64,000 nt of DNA from an uncultured Phycisphaerales bacterium (GCA_963755915.1 CAVWLP010000003.1:160001-224000), one strand, 5' to 3'. Positions 30,225 through 42,916 are shown, counted from the first letter of the stretch. Notes: generated by a model not told the origin, from the sequence alone. Program-made: numbers and translations.

Positions 30225-31661
30225 ATGAAAACGCCGTCCGAAAACTCGCTCGATTATGAGGCCGCGGTTCCGCTGGCCAAGCCCGGTCATCTCTCGCTGG
30301 AAGGGATGCACGGCTCGGTCGAGGTGCCGAAACATACGGCCGGGTTCTGGCCGCAGTGGCGAGCGTTCGTCGGGCCGGCGATTCTCATCAGCGTCGGATA
30401 CATGGATCCGGGTAACTGGGGGACCGATCTCTCCGGCGGAGCGGAGTACAAATACCAGCTCCTCTGGGTAGTCGCGGTCGCCAGCATCATGGCCATCTTT
30501 TTGCAGGTGATCTCCTCGCGGCTTGGGGTTGCCACGGGAAAGGATCTGGCGCAGTGCTGCCGGGACTGGTATCCACGCTGGACGCGGTTGCCAAATTGGC
30601 TGCTGTGCGAGATCGCCATTGGGGCGTGCGATCTGGCCGAGGTGCTGGGAAGTGCCGTGGCGCTGAACCTGCTGTTTCACATTCCCCTGCTTTGGTGCGT
30701 CATCATCACCGGCGCGGATGTGCTGCTGCTGCTGGCGCTGCAGCGCTATGGGATGAGAACCATCGAAGCCATCGTGCTGCTGCTGGTTGCCACGATTGCC
30801 CTGTGCTATTTCATCGAAATCTTTGTCCTGCCGCAGACGCAGCCGAGCTTCAGAGAAATGGGATGGGCGCTGATTCATCCCAGCCTCCACGGGGTCGGCT
30901 ATGCAAACGATCCCCAAACCATGGCGTTCCTGGCCATCGGCATCATCGGGGCGACCGTCATGCCTCACAACCTTTATCTCCACTCCGCCCTGGTGCAGAG
31001 CCGACGGCTGCAGCGCGATGATGCATCGATCCGCACCGCGATTCGTTTCAATGCGATCGATTCCACGCTTGCGCTGACCATCGCATTTTTTGTCAACGCC
31101 GCGATTTTGGTGCTGGCCGCCATCGTCTTCTACGGCAAATCCCAGGCCGTCGCCGGCGGGCAGGTTTACACTTTCGACGCCAACACCGATTGGATTCGCG
31201 TGGCTTATCTCACCCTCGCGCCGCTGCTGGGGACGTTTGCCGCCAGCCTTCTGTTTGCCATCGGGCTGCTTGCCAGCGGGCAAAGCAGCACGATCACGGG
31301 GACGCTTGCGGGACAGGTGGTGATGGAAGGATTCATGCACTGGCGGATCACGCCGTGGGTTCGGCGGCTGATCACCCGCTGCCTGGCGATTGCGCCGGCG
31401 ATTTTCATTATCGGCGTGCGCGGAAACAGCAGCGTGAACGATTTGCTGAATCTGAGCCAGGTTGTTCTGGCACTTCAGTTGCCCCTGGCCATGTTCCCGC
31501 TGCTTCATTTCGCGAGCTCTGAAAAACGGATGGGGAAATGGAAGCTGGGATACATCTTGCTTGTGGCCGGCTGGGGGAGTGCGATCCTGATAACGCTGAT
31601 GGATTTTTACGGCTTGCCCGATGCGTTCAAACAGGCATGGCAGGTGATTGTCGGTGGATGA
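30225..31661 (+). CDS. mntH: Nramp-family Mn2+ transporter
   Basis: GYMDPGNW, GATVMPHNLYLHS, GQSSTITGTLAGQ. Confidence 0.95.
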   Translation: MKTPSENSLDYEAAVPLAKPGHLSLEGMHGSVEVPKHTAGFWPQWRAFVGPAILISVGYMDPGNWGTDLSGGAEYKYQLLWVVAVASIMAIFLQVISSRLGVATGKDLAQCCRDWYPRWTRLPNWLLCEIAIGACDLAEVLGSAVALNLLFHIPLLWCVIITGADVLLLLALQRYGMRTIEAIVLLLVATIALCYFIEIFVLPQTQPSFREMGWALIHPSLHGVGYANDPQTMAFLAIGIIGATVMPHNLYLHSALVQSRRLQRDDASIRTAIRFNAIDSTLALTIAFFVNAAILVLAAIVFYGKSQAVAGGQVYTFDANTDWIRVAYLTLAPLLGTFAASLLFAIGLLASGQSSTITGTLAGQVVMEGFMHWRITPWVRRLITRCLAIAPAIFIIGVRGNSSVNDLLNLSQVVLALQLPLAMFPLLHFASSEKRMGKWKLGYILLVAGWGSAILITLMDFYGLPDAFKQAWQVIVGG

Positions 31662-31722
31662 GCATTTGATTTCGCGCAGCGGGAAGCGACCGGTTAAGAT
31701 TGTTGGATAGCCAAGTGTTCTG

Positions 31723-32139
31723 ATGTATCAAAAGATTCTCGTCACCCTCGACGCCACACCGACTGATCGAGCGATCATCGATCACATCAAGCAGCTTGCC
31801 AAAGGACTGGGGAGTAACCTGGTGCTGCTGCATGTGGCCACCAGCGTTCCGGCGCAGTTGCTGGGTGCGGATGCGGCGGGAGAGGAGATCGGCGAGGACA
31901 TGGCCTATCTGCGCGAGGTGGAGGAGGAATTTAAATCTGCCGGGATTCCCGTGGAGGCCGAGCTTGCGTATGGCGACCCGGTTCGCGAAATCGTGAAGTG
32001 GATCGAAACGCACGGATGCGATCTGGTGGCCATGAGCACGCACGGGCATCAGTTCATTGCCGACATGGTTCTGGGGACAACCGCCAGCCGGGTGCAACAT
32101 CAGATCAGTGTGCCGGTGCTGCTGCTGCGGGCGAAATAA
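31723..32139 (+). CDS. universal stress protein
   Basis: YQKILVTLD, GDP, DLVAMSTHG..LGTTA..PVLL. Confidence 0.9.
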   Translation: MYQKILVTLDATPTDRAIIDHIKQLAKGLGSNLVLLHVATSVPAQLLGADAAGEEIGEDMAYLREVEEEFKSAGIPVEAELAYGDPVREIVKWIETHGCDLVAMSTHGHQFIADMVLGTTASRVQHQISVPVLLLRAK

Positions 32140-32215
32140 AACAGGCGAAATAAAATCGCAGTGGCGAATGGCGTTGCGATGGTTAAGCTGTTGGCCCTGA
32201 AAAGAGCCGACGGTT

Positions 32216-33601
32216 ATGCTGCGGTTGCGACTGATATTTGTTTTTTTCGCGCTGGCGGTGGTCGGCGGATGTGCATCGTCACATCGCACCCCCCCGCCGC
32301 TGATTCTTACCGCGGCGCAGATCACCGCAAGTTACTATCCGGGAACCCCCCTTTCGGGCCCGCAGGCCGGCGAGCTCAAAAACATCTCCTTTGACGATTC
32401 GCTCGATGTGCGTGCGCGATGGTTTGTGCTCGAGCATTTCGACGTGACGCAGCTTCCGCTGCTGGCGTCGCAGGCTCGGCTGATCACATCGCGGCCTAGC
32501 GGTTTGGCCGTCGTCCCGGCAGGAACTTTGACGGCCGATGCCCGCCTAGTCTGGACTGACGTTTCGCCCGATCCACTGCTGGGCGCGGGGCGAAGTGCGC
32601 CGATCGGGGCCTCCCGCGGGGCTTTGCCATCGGGTGGCACGGTTGCATTTCGCGCGATCGACGGCGCGGGCTGGGCCGATCAGACCCTCAATCGGCCGCA
32701 GCCTAGATATCTGGAGGTGGCGCTCACTCATCTGGCACAGGCCGGCGGCGCTGGTGCGGTTCAGATCGGATTCACGGTTCAGGACAATCCGCCCGGAGCG
32801 GCTACATCCGGCGTTTTCCAGACGGAGACGGCCATTGTCGAGCATCCTCTATCGCCGGCGGCGCTGAACCTTTTTATTGCCGTGCCGTTTAAGTTTACCG
32901 CAACGAATACGCACGCCGTCGCGGCGATCCTCACGATTTCGCCCCATCCGGCCGATGCGGACTTCGCGAAACTGGTGGATGCCGCGAAGTCCGAACTTGC
33001 GTCGCCCCGGCCGATGGAAAATTCCGGGCCGGCGTGGGCGATGGGATTGCAGCGGGCGATGGAAGCGCTGGGTGATCCCGCGCATCGGCGAGCGGCGCTG
33101 ATTTTTCTGGCCGGCCAGAGCGATGCCGACATTTGCCTCGATGTGGTTTGCGTATGCGACGACTCGATGCTGGAGCAGATTGCCGATTCGGTTCGCAAGG
33201 ACGGGCCGGCGGCGCTTCAGGAGCCGACGCTGGACCAGTTTGGGTGGATCATGGACCGGTCGTCGATCGCGGCGATGCAGCCGCTACTGGCGAAGGCGAC
33301 GCTGCCGCCGGAGCTATTTGAGGTGCTGACGCTGCACATGGGGGAGCCGGGGCGTCATGCGGCGGCGGTGGATGAGATCATGCATGCGGCGTCGAGCAAA
33401 AAGGATTTGCAGGATCGGCTGCTGGCGGAGAATTTTATTTATCTTGAGGACAGCTCGCCGGCCGCGCGGGTGCGATCGTTTGACTGGCTGAAGGCGCGGC
33501 ATTTGGAGCCGGCGGGTTTCGATCCGCTGGCGTCGCCGAAGGACAGACGGTTGGCGCTGGACAAGGCCCTGGATGCCGAGCAGGCGGGAGGGGCGCAATG
33601 A
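32216..33601 (+). CDS. putative lipoprotein
   Basis: Lipobox-like VGGC; stop overlaps the next ATG. Confidence 0.7.
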   Translation: MLRLRLIFVFFALAVVGGCASSHRTPPPLILTAAQITASYYPGTPLSGPQAGELKNISFDDSLDVRARWFVLEHFDVTQLPLLASQARLITSRPSGLAVVPAGTLTADARLVWTDVSPDPLLGAGRSAPIGASRGALPSGGTVAFRAIDGAGWADQTLNRPQPRYLEVALTHLAQAGGAGAVQIGFTVQDNPPGAATSGVFQTETAIVEHPLSPAALNLFIAVPFKFTATNTHAVAAILTISPHPADADFAKLVDAAKSELASPRPMENSGPAWAMGLQRAMEALGDPAHRRAALIFLAGQSDADICLDVVCVCDDSMLEQIADSVRKDGPAALQEPTLDQFGWIMDRSSIAAMQPLLAKATLPPELFEVLTLHMGEPGRHAAAVDEIMHAASSKKDLQDRLLAENFIYLEDSSPAARVRSFDWLKARHLEPAGFDPLASPKDRRLALDKALDAEQAGGAQ

Positions 33602-36600
33602 GCGAAACGCCGACGCCTGCCGAAAAATCGAAGGCAACGCGCAAGCCGGGGCGCTGGCGGCGGAGATTGATCTGGGCACTTTGTATTTTTATCGCGCTGG
33701 TGCTGGCGTTGCGGGTTTCGGTGTCGATTCTTCTTCCGGCGGTGCTGAACAAGATCGCCAAGTCGTATGACCTGACGTGCGATTACGACCGGCTCGATCT
33801 GAACATGCTGGGGGGCAACGCGTCGATCTGGGGATTGCGGTTTACGCCGCGCGAGGGAGGGGATCCGATTTTCAGCGCGGATTATTGTCAGGGAGACATC
33901 TCGATTCTCAAGCTTTTTAGGGGACGGCTGGTGGTTTATCGGGTGGCCGCGGATGGGGTTGATACGACGATCGAGCGCACGGCCGATGGGCGGATTCCGC
34001 TGTTGGCACGATTTACATCATCCTCCTCGCCTCCGCCCCAGGCGATGGCAACTTCCTCGCAGCCGCAGCCGATCGAGCTTCAGCCGCCGCTGCGGATCGA
34101 CGCCCTGCGGCTCGAGCATATTCGCGCTAGGTTTCACGATGAATTTGTGAAGCCTGAAGTGGACACGCGCATGGCGCTGGACCTGCGGGTGAACGACCTG
34201 GGAACGGCCGGCGAGCCGACGCGATTTGAGCTGGATTTCTCGTCGACGCCGATTCTCGACACTTTGCAGATTTACGGCCGGGGTAATGGGGATGGAAAGA
34301 GCCTGAGCGCCGATCTGCACGTGGTGATGCGCGGGCTGCATCCCAAGCCCGTTGCGGGGTATCTGGCGCAGGTTGGATTGCGGCCTACCGCGGATGATAT
34401 TTCCGCTTCGATTGACGGAACGATTTCGGCACAGGTTAATCCGAATGCCGCCGACGGGCTGAAGGGGAATCTGACGCTGACGGGTGGGCTGATCACGTGC
34501 GACGGACGGACGGCGGCGGCGCTGGATCGGCTGTCGCTGGATGCGGATTCGATCACGCCCGGATCGGCAAAGCTCGCGGGGTTGGGAATCAGCGGCGTTC
34601 GCGTGTTTGCGGGGCAGAATCCGGCGGGGAATCTGGCGGCGCTGGGGATGGAGGTGGTCGCGACGACTCAACCGGCCACTCCCCCGCCATCACCCGCCAT
34701 GTCCCCCTCTCCATCGAATTTCCGGTGGAGCCTGGCGCAGTTCACGCTTGAGGATCTGCACGCGGGATTCGGCGATGATTCGGTTTCGCCGCCGGTTTCG
34801 ACGGGGCTGGACGTTCACCAACTGAAGCTTGGCAATCTGGTTTGCGATCCGGCCAATCCCAATGCCCAGGCGGATTTTTCGGCCGATCTTTCCGCGGCGG
34901 GGATCGTGCGCTCGATTCAGGTCAAGGGACAGGTGGAGCCGTTTGCGGCGAAGAGGCCGTTTCTGGTGACACTGGATGCGGCTGGGATCGCGCCTGATGC
35001 GATTGCCCCGTACCTGCGAGCCGTCGGGCTTGAATCGGAGTGGAAAAACGGAAGTCTCAGTGTAGCGGCTGATGGAACGGTTCAAAGCGGCCAGAACGGA
35101 AATCTGACGGCATCGGCGCATCTGGCCAAGTTCACACTTTCCGATCAGGACAAGCTGCTGGACATCGGCGATACGAGGATCACCGGGGCCACGCTTGAGC
35201 CGGCTACAAATACGATTCACATCGGCGCGATCGAAATCAACGGACCCACGGTTGCCGCCCGGCGCGATTCAGATGCGAACATCCATCTCCTGGGCTTTAA
35301 GACGACAACCCAGCCTTCGCAAACCGTGGCGAGCCAGGCGCCGTCCCCGGTGCAATCCCCGGCCGCGCCGGCGCTTCTGCCCAATATCGAGCTCGATCAT
35401 TTCGCGTGGAGAAATATTCACGTAAATGTCTCCGATTTCGCGGTCCGGCCTCCCACCAGCATCAATATCTCCGACGCCGGCCTCACCGCGGACAACATCG
35501 GCATCTATCTCAACGGATATCCCCACCCTGACAGGCACGGGACGATCAAGGGTTGGCTGAGCGTTCCCGGCGTCGCGTCAAACGCCGAGCTGGCGGGAAC
35601 CATCGACGGGGTGGCACGCAGACGAGCATTGCAGTGAATTTGTCGGCTGCGGGGATCGCCGGCGACAGCATCGCCCCCTACCTGCGTGCTGCGGGGGTAC
35701 AGCCGACCTGGAAGGACGCATCGTTGAGCCTGCACACGCGGGTTGATGTCGCCTATACGGACGGCGCCGTGAAGACGTCCGTCAGCGCGGCGGATGTTAA
35801 ATTTTCCGACGGCGTTCAAACGCTGGCGTCGGTCGCATCGTTTGGCATCAGCGGCGCGGAGGCACAACCGAGCGGGGTGAGTGCCGACAGCATTGATATT
35901 GAGTCGCCGCGAATTCGGGCCGAGCGGCTGGCGGATGGAACGCTTGATGTTGCCGGCGTGCGCGTTGTTCCTGTGCCCCCGCCGCCCCCTCCCGCGCCGC
36001 TTGCGGCTGCGACCCAGCCCGCCGCGCCGAGCGCTTCACCGCTGACACTCGATCTGGGCGAACTGCGGCTTAGGAACGCCGCCCTGGATTGGAGCGATTC
36101 CGCCGTGCGCCCGGCGGTCAATATCGCACCGACGCTTAACGCCGACATCCAGAATTTTCATTTGGGTGGCTCGACGCCGGCTTCTCTGCAAATCTCGGCC
36201 GCGATTCCCGGGACGCTGGATAACCTCTCGGCCAATGGCACGCTCGGCCTCTCTCTCGATCATCAATCGCTGGATCTGCACGTTCTGGGAAATGGCATTC
36301 GCGCCGGCCCCGCGGCCGCCTATTTGCCGCCGGGGATCGAATCGACCCTGAAAAACGGCTCCGTTCGCGCAGCGATCGATTTCTCCGGCGCGGCAAACCC
36401 CGCCGGCGGGCAGACGCTGGAGGCCAGTGTCTCCGGTATGGATTTCCGTGAGCAGGGCTCCGCTTCGTCCCTGGTTGATTTCGATTCATTTCACGTCAAA
36501 GTCGCGCGCCTCGATCCTTCCGCCAAGGTGGTCGCGGTCGACGATGTGACGCTGAAGAATCTTGACGCCGGTGCCAGAAAAACTGCGGATGGGATTGAAT

Positions 36601-38786
36601 TCCTGGGGCTGAATATTACGCCGGTGAATTCTTCAACCGCCGCGGCCGATCCACCCCCGCCGCCAGCAAATGCTCCGCCGATGGCGACGCGGCCCAGCGG
36701 CAACATTCTTGCCCAGATCGCACAGCAGCGGAACAAATACCCGCTTATTTCTTTGGCCAGCCTCGATCTTGGCATCCGACATTTAGATTATCTCGACGAG
36801 ACGACGCCGAGCGCCGCTCCGCTGGTCGTTTCCGATTTGCACGTGCGAAACAAGCACAAGATTATTCTCCTTGGCCGGGATACCGAGACCAATCCACCGA
36901 CGGATCTTGAAATCACCGGGCACGTCGCGCCTGTTGCGGACGATCTGAAAGTCGATCTGCACGCCACGCCGTTTGCGAAACAGAAGACGCTCGGCGTCGA
37001 ATTGTCTGTTTCTGGAATACATGGCAAGGGGCTGGTTGCGTTTCAGCCGCAACTGGCTTCCAGGATCGATGCGGATGGTTTGAAATCCGGGCAGTTGACG
37101 GCAGATTTCAATGCCGCCCTGACGCTCAAAACTGTCGAACCGACTGATTTTAATCTTGGCTATGGCGGGAAGCTGGATTTCGACGCGCACGACATCGCCT
37201 TTCGTGCCGAGCCAAGTGGTCCCGTCCTGGCGGGCGTTGGTGAAATTCGCTCGGAAGGGATCGTCATCAAGCCCGATTCCGCCGGCGTGGAGGCTCGCGA
37301 ACTGGAGATCGACAATATCGTCGGGCAGGCGATGCGAGACAACCAGGGCATTCACGCCCTGGGATTGACGATCAAAACCCCGCCGCCGGCGACGACGCAG
37401 CCGGCGGGAAAGTCGGTCGCCGCTGCTTCTGACCCGCCGGCAGTGGCACCGACAAGTGAGGCGGCCAAATCCGAAATAAAGATCGATCGACTCCTGGTCA
37501 GCGGGATGAATTTCCGCTTCCAGGATCGGACTGCGACTCCGACTTTTGACTTCCCGATCAACGGGCTTGACCTGGAAGCGCAGGGGCTTTCGAACCTTGC
37601 GGTCTCCCAGCCGATTCCGATTCGCTATAGTCTGCTGGTTTCCGCGGACAGGGTGCCGCTGCCTTCACAGCAGGCGGGGTTTGACAAACTGGAAAACCGG
37701 CAGCTTTTTTCGCAGGTCACCAGTGACGGAGATGTGACGCTTTATCCGAACCTGAAGGGGTGGGCAAAAGCCTCGCTCAACGGGTTTGAGCTGACTAGCC
37801 TTTATGGGATTGCCGAGCAGGAGAAAGTGAAGCTTGGCGGCGGCACCTTCGATGCCGACATCGACGCACGTTTTCCGGGCGACGGGTCGGTTGACAGCAG
37901 TACGAAGCTGGTGCTTACCGATCTTTCGCTTTCGGAGCCGCCGGATGGGATTATTCGAAGAACCCTCAAGCTTCCGGCCCCACTGGACGTGGTGATCATC
38001 GCCCTTCAGGACCAGGACGGCTCGATTACGATTCCGCTGAACGTCGTCTTCGCCCAGGGCAACCTCGACACCGGCGCGGTGGCCGCGTCGGGCGTCGGCG
38101 CTCTTGGCGAAGTCATCGCGACGGCGCTGGCGTCGGCGCCGTTGAAGGTCGTCAACCTGATCGGACTTGGCGGCCCGCACGCCAACGCCCAGCCGCCGGT
38201 CGTGGTGAGTTTTCCACCGGGCTACAGCGATTTGCTTCCCGATGAGGTGGCAGTTCTCAATGGGCTGGTCAAGCGCCTGAAGGACGACAAGTCGCTGGAT
38301 GTTACGCTTCGCCACGATCTGGGCAGCGAAGACATCGCGCTGGTGAGCCAGCGGTCCAATCCCACATCGGACGACGCCCTTGCCCTGGCCAACGACCTGA
38401 ACCTCCAGCGCGACCAGCTCATGGCGGCAAGGCTGAGCGCTTCCAGCGATGTGCGGGCGTTTACCGCCTCCGATGACGCTGCAAATGCCGGGCGGGCGCG
38501 GCAGCGGCTGCGCACGATCAATTCCCAGCTTGCGCAGACGGAAGATTCCCTGGACCACGTCTACGACCTGCTTCGCCCCGGCGCCGACCGGCAGGCGATG
38601 CGACGAACGCGTTTTGCCGGCCTGACGATCGCCAGGGCGCGACTGGAGGCCGTGCGCCGTTATCTTCTCACCGCCGGGGGAAAGCATCTCGCGCCCGAGC
38701 GGATTCACGTGGCGAATCCGCAGTTCAATCCGTCTGCGCCGGATCAGCCGGGGAGGGTGACGATCGTGGTGGTGAAGAGTAAGTAA
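33598..38786 (+). CDS. large DUF748/AsmA-like protein (frameshift near 35620)
   Basis: N-terminal anchor, repeated beta-rich modules, LQDQDGSITIPL motif, OmpA-like end (F..G...L; ARLEAVRRYL..ERI). Confidence 0.7.
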
Positions 38787-39059
38787 AGGTAAGGCGGGCG
38801 AATCCAAATCACAGGTTGTGATTTTGAGATCACAAATTGTGACCTCAAATTTCGGCGGCGGCAACCCGTGCATCCCACCTCGCGGGTGTCGCGAACCTCA
38901 TCGGGCCAGCCAAGTGCTCACGCGGCGGCACCGCCCATGACATACGAGTCACCGGATCTCCTCGTCACCAAAACCGTAATCGAAAATAATCCTCTTACCA
39001 ATTCTTATCGAACCCCGAAAACTTGCGTAGAAAACCCAAGCGAGGAGGATCAGTGCAAT

Positions 39060-39141
39060 TGGGCGCGGAAGGATTCGAACCTTCGAAGGCAGAGCCATCA
39101 GATTTACAGTCTGACCCGTTTGACCACTTCGGTACACGCCC
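39060..39141 (-). tRNA. tRNA-Tyr(GTA)
   Basis: GGGCGTG..TCAGA-CTGTAAA-TCTGA, long variable arm, GAAGG-TTCGAAT-CCTTC, CGCGCCC-A. Confidence 0.95.
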
Positions 39142-39269
39142 GAAAGAATTCCGCCCTTTCAGCGGGGGCAGGATTATCTCTGACGGCCATCGCGGTTGCA
39201 ATACGCGCAGGGACCCCCTCTTTTGGGCCGGCAGCCCGAATGAAACGGTCAGGGCCGGTCTTCGCGAAA

Positions 39270-39566
39270 TCAGCTACTCTTGGTGATCGTCGCGGCAGCG
39301 GCGGCCATGGCCTCCGATACCGCGGCGAATTGCGGCTCCGGCTCGCCAGTCTGGTGGAACAGCTCCCCTTCTTCCACCTGAAGCTGGTCCGGACGCAGCA
39401 GTGCCCGGGTTTGGTAATCGTGACCGATCTGATGGAACTCAACTTCGTACGCAACAGACGGCGCGAACCAAGTGCTCCGGACGACGCCAATTTCGCCCCG
39501 GCTCAGCGAAAGTTCTGGAATGTCCAGGGTGAGCCGAACAAAATCATCAACGTGCGGCGATCTCAT
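39270..39566 (-). CDS. DUF4926 domain protein
   Basis: DFVRLTLDIPELSLSRGEIGVV..AYEVEF; GGAGG RBS. Confidence 0.75.
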   Translation of the reverse strand: MRSPHVDDFVRLTLDIPELSLSRGEIGVVRSTWFAPSVAYEVEFHQIGHDYQTRALLRPDQLQVEEGELFHQTGEPEPQFAAVSEAMAAAAATITKSS

Positions 39567-39707
39567 GGCATCCTCCGTGAATGCTGCTTCACTAAAACAA
39601 CCAATCCATGAACTCTATGCTTCGCTCGCCTCCGAGGTAACGATCAAAATAAACCATTTTTTTGTAGTCGCAATAGAAATGCGCGGAATTCCCTCTATTT
39701 TAACGCC

Positions 39708-40817
39708 GTGAGCCGCTTGAAGCAGACTTCTCTTGCCCGACTCTCCGGATTGGCGCCCAGGCTTCTCCGCTGGTACGACCGGCAGCGCCGCGATCTTCCC
39801 TGGCGGCCACCGCCGGGAAAGCGGTTGCTTCCCGAGCCCTACGCCGTGCTCGTCAGCGAATTTATGCTCCAGCAGACGCAAGTGGCGACGGTTGTTCCCT
39901 ACTTTCGGCGATTCCTGGAGAAATTCCCTACCATCCAGTCGCTGGCGGCGGCGGGGGAACAGGATGTCCTTCGCCTCTGGCAGGGGCTCGGCTACTACTC
40001 CCGCGCCCGCAACCTTTTGGGGGCGGCACGCAAGGTCGTTTCCGATTTCGGCGGCCAGGTTCCCCGCTTGCCCGAGCAGTTGCGCTCCCTTCCCGGGGTT
40101 GGCCCCTACACGGCCGGCGCGATCGCCTCCATCGCGTTCGATTGCCGCGCCCCCATCCTCGACGGCAACGTCTCGCGCGTTCTGTGCCGGATCGAAAAAA
40201 TAACCGGGGACCCACGGCGTCCCGATACCGCAAAACGCCTGTGGCAAATTGCCAAGGAGATACTCCCCCGCCGCCGATGCGGCGAGTTCAACTCCGCGCT
40301 GATGGAGCTTGGGGCGGTCATCTGTACGCCTCGCCACCCGGCGTGCAACGAGTGCCCGGTCCTCGGCTTATGCAAAGCTGCGGCGGCGGGAGTGCAGGAA
40401 AAGATCCCCCCACCGCGCCGGGCTCCGCCGGTTCCTCTGGAAAAACGGTGGACGATCTGCGTTTGCCGTGGGGACGAATACCTGATTGAGCGCCGCCCCA
40501 GTCGCGGCCGGTGGGCGGGACTGTGGCAGTTTCCGACCCTCGAGGCCAACGGATCGCTACCTTCCGCGGGCGCGATCGCAAAGCAAATTGGACTGCCCCT
40601 CGATCGACTGACCCGGATTGGCGAAATCCGGCACGCCCTTACCCATCGCCGATATGAGTTTACGGCATTCAGCGCAATCGCGGACGGCCAAACCGTCAGT
40701 TCCTCACCAGAACTATCACAAGATCGACGATGGGTTCGCCTCGAGAACCTTGACGAATATCCCCTCTCCCGCCCGCAAATCCGGATCGCCCAAATGCTTC
40801 GGGATTCACGAGCCTGA
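39708..40817 (+). CDS. mutY: A/G-specific adenine glycosylase
   Basis: RDLPWR, SEFMLQQTQV, WQGLGYYSRARN, LPGVGPYT, DGNV, C-x6-C-x2-C-x5-C. Confidence 0.96.
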   Translation: MSRLKQTSLARLSGLAPRLLRWYDRQRRDLPWRPPPGKRLLPEPYAVLVSEFMLQQTQVATVVPYFRRFLEKFPTIQSLAAAGEQDVLRLWQGLGYYSRARNLLGAARKVVSDFGGQVPRLPEQLRSLPGVGPYTAGAIASIAFDCRAPILDGNVSRVLCRIEKITGDPRRPDTAKRLWQIAKEILPRRRCGEFNSALMELGAVICTPRHPACNECPVLGLCKAAAAGVQEKIPPPRRAPPVPLEKRWTICVCRGDEYLIERRPSRGRWAGLWQFPTLEANGSLPSAGAIAKQIGLPLDRLTRIGEIRHALTHRRYEFTAFSAIADGQTVSSSPELSQDRRWVRLENLDEYPLSRPQIRIAQMLRDSRA

Positions 40818-42892
40818 TTGCTTCCGGCCGGGGCACCACGCTTTCCACATTTCGCGAAGTGCAGCTTCGACACCGGCGGCGTACCCCTTGCCATCCATCA
40901 AACATGAGCTGCCCATCCGGTGTCGCATTCCTTCCCTCATCCCGGACAGTCGTCCGGCGTCTGCAGCAAGATGAGCGGCAATCTGCACATACTCTTCGGG
41001 ACTCTGGGCGATCAATTCCGTGAGACCCAAACTGGTGAGAATGCTGCACCCGCCGCGCAAATCGGCGTTGGCCCAGAAAGCGTCACCACCGGCACCCCCA
41101 TCCAGAGGGCATCGCAGGTTGTTATCCCCCCGCAAAACGGAAAGGGATCGAGCGCGATGTCGATCCGGTGATACGTTCGCATATAAACGCCCATGGGTTG
41201 GCGGCTTACGAATTCCAGCCGGCTGGGATCGACGCCCTTCTTCCCGAATCTCTCCGCCAGCACCTGGCGGTGCTTGCCGGCGTCCACATTCAGGAGCAAT
41301 CGCGATCCCTGAACACGAGTGAGAATCGCCGCCCACAGTTCCTGGACATCGGTCGACGCCTTGGAGAATTTGTTCAGACAACCGAAGGTGATGTGCCCGG
41401 CAGCCAGAACCGGCAAAGGGGCGACATCGATTTCCTGGCCGATGAGGGGCTCGTAACACCAAAAGCAATGCCGCAGGCGAATGGGCTTCTCGACGAAATC
41501 ATTTTCACCGGCGCCGGGGGGATCGAGGCAGGCGTCGGTGATTCGGTAGTCGATCGCGCTCAGTCCGGAGCCGCCGGGATAAGCGAGAAACGTCGCCTGC
41601 ACGGGCGCGGGTTTGCGGGCCATGACCGGCAGCCGGTTATCCGCGGTGTGAAGCGAGAGATCGACGAGGATATCGATGCGATCTTCGCGGATCCGGCCGG
41701 CTACTTCATCGTCCGGCCTGCCCCACACGTTTCGCCAGTGATTTGAGTGCGCACGCAGCAACCCGGTAACGTCATCCGCCCGCTCGATGTTGGCGTAGCA
41801 AAAGACCTCGACGGCAGCCGGATCGTGGTTCTTCAGCAGGGGAATCAGGCAGTTTGCCATCGGGTGCAGCCGAAAATCCGCGGAGAGATACCCGACCCGC
41901 AGCCTGCGATGCGGATCGGGATCGTTGGAATGCGAAACCCATTTCGCCCGCAGCGGCCGCTCGAACCGATCGGCGAAACGGCGCGTCTCGGCCAAAATCG
42001 TCTGCGCATCGCAAATCGGCGAAAAATGCATCGCGAAAATGAGGTTGCTGTGAAGCGCCGGCGAATCGGGTCGCAATTCCAGCGCCTTACGACTTTCGGC
42101 AATCGACCCCTCCACATCCCCAATTTCCCGCAGCGCCGCGGCAAGGTTGCTGTGCGCCTCGGCGAGATTCGGTTCGATTTCCAGCGCGCGCTGGTAGCAT
42201 TCCGCCGCCTGTTCGAGATCGCCCATCTGGCCGCGAACGAGCCCCAGGCTGAGATACGCCCTGGCAAAGCGCGGATTCAGCTCAATGGCCTTGCGAAGAT
42301 GCTTCATCGCTTCCTCGCCTCGCCCGACTTTCGACAGTGCTGTGCCGAGGTTGCTATGGGCCTCGGCCAACTGAGGATCCAGCCCGATGGCGCGGCGCAG
42401 CGACGCAATCGCGTCCTCAAATCGGCAGCCGATTCCCTGAAGCAACCCCAGACGGTTGAAAGCCTGCGGATCGCCGGGCATAAGCTCGGCAAGGCGCTGA
42501 TAGCACTGGATCGCCTCGTCGATTTTTCCCGCTTCGCGAGACGCGTTTCCCAGATTCTTCCAAGCGATGGGAGAATCGGGCCGAAGCTCAACCGCGCGGC
42601 GAAACGAAGCCAGCGCCGCATCGAGCTGCCCCGCCTGGCGGAGGACGATGCCGAGGTTGTTATGGGCTTCGGAATAGTCGGGCTTCAGCTCGACGACGCG
42701 CCGCCCCAGCTCGATGGCCTCGTTTGTTCGCCCCCGCTGCCCCTGCACAATCGTCAATAAATAGAGCGCCCCGAGGTGATCCGGAGCATGCGAAAGAATC
42801 TGCCGGCAGATCGATTCCGCCTGCTCCAGCCGGCCGTTGCGATGATGATCGCCGGCCAGGACCATCGCCTGATCGAGAGTCAAATCGGCCAT
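40806..42892 (-). CDS. TPR protein with GT41 (SPINDLY/OGT-like) domain; frameshift near 41075
   Basis: About 8 TPRs, RLRVGYLSADFRLHP, DILVDLSLHT, PAPVQ, DIALDPFP, ALWMGVPVV. Confidence 0.88.
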
Positions 42893-42916
42893 CTCGTCCC
42901 CGCCGTTCAGGGAATC

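Noticed and set aside
38790-39141. Island integrated at tRNA-Tyr
   Set aside because: No integrase nearby and no duplicate of the tRNA 3' end seen in the window.
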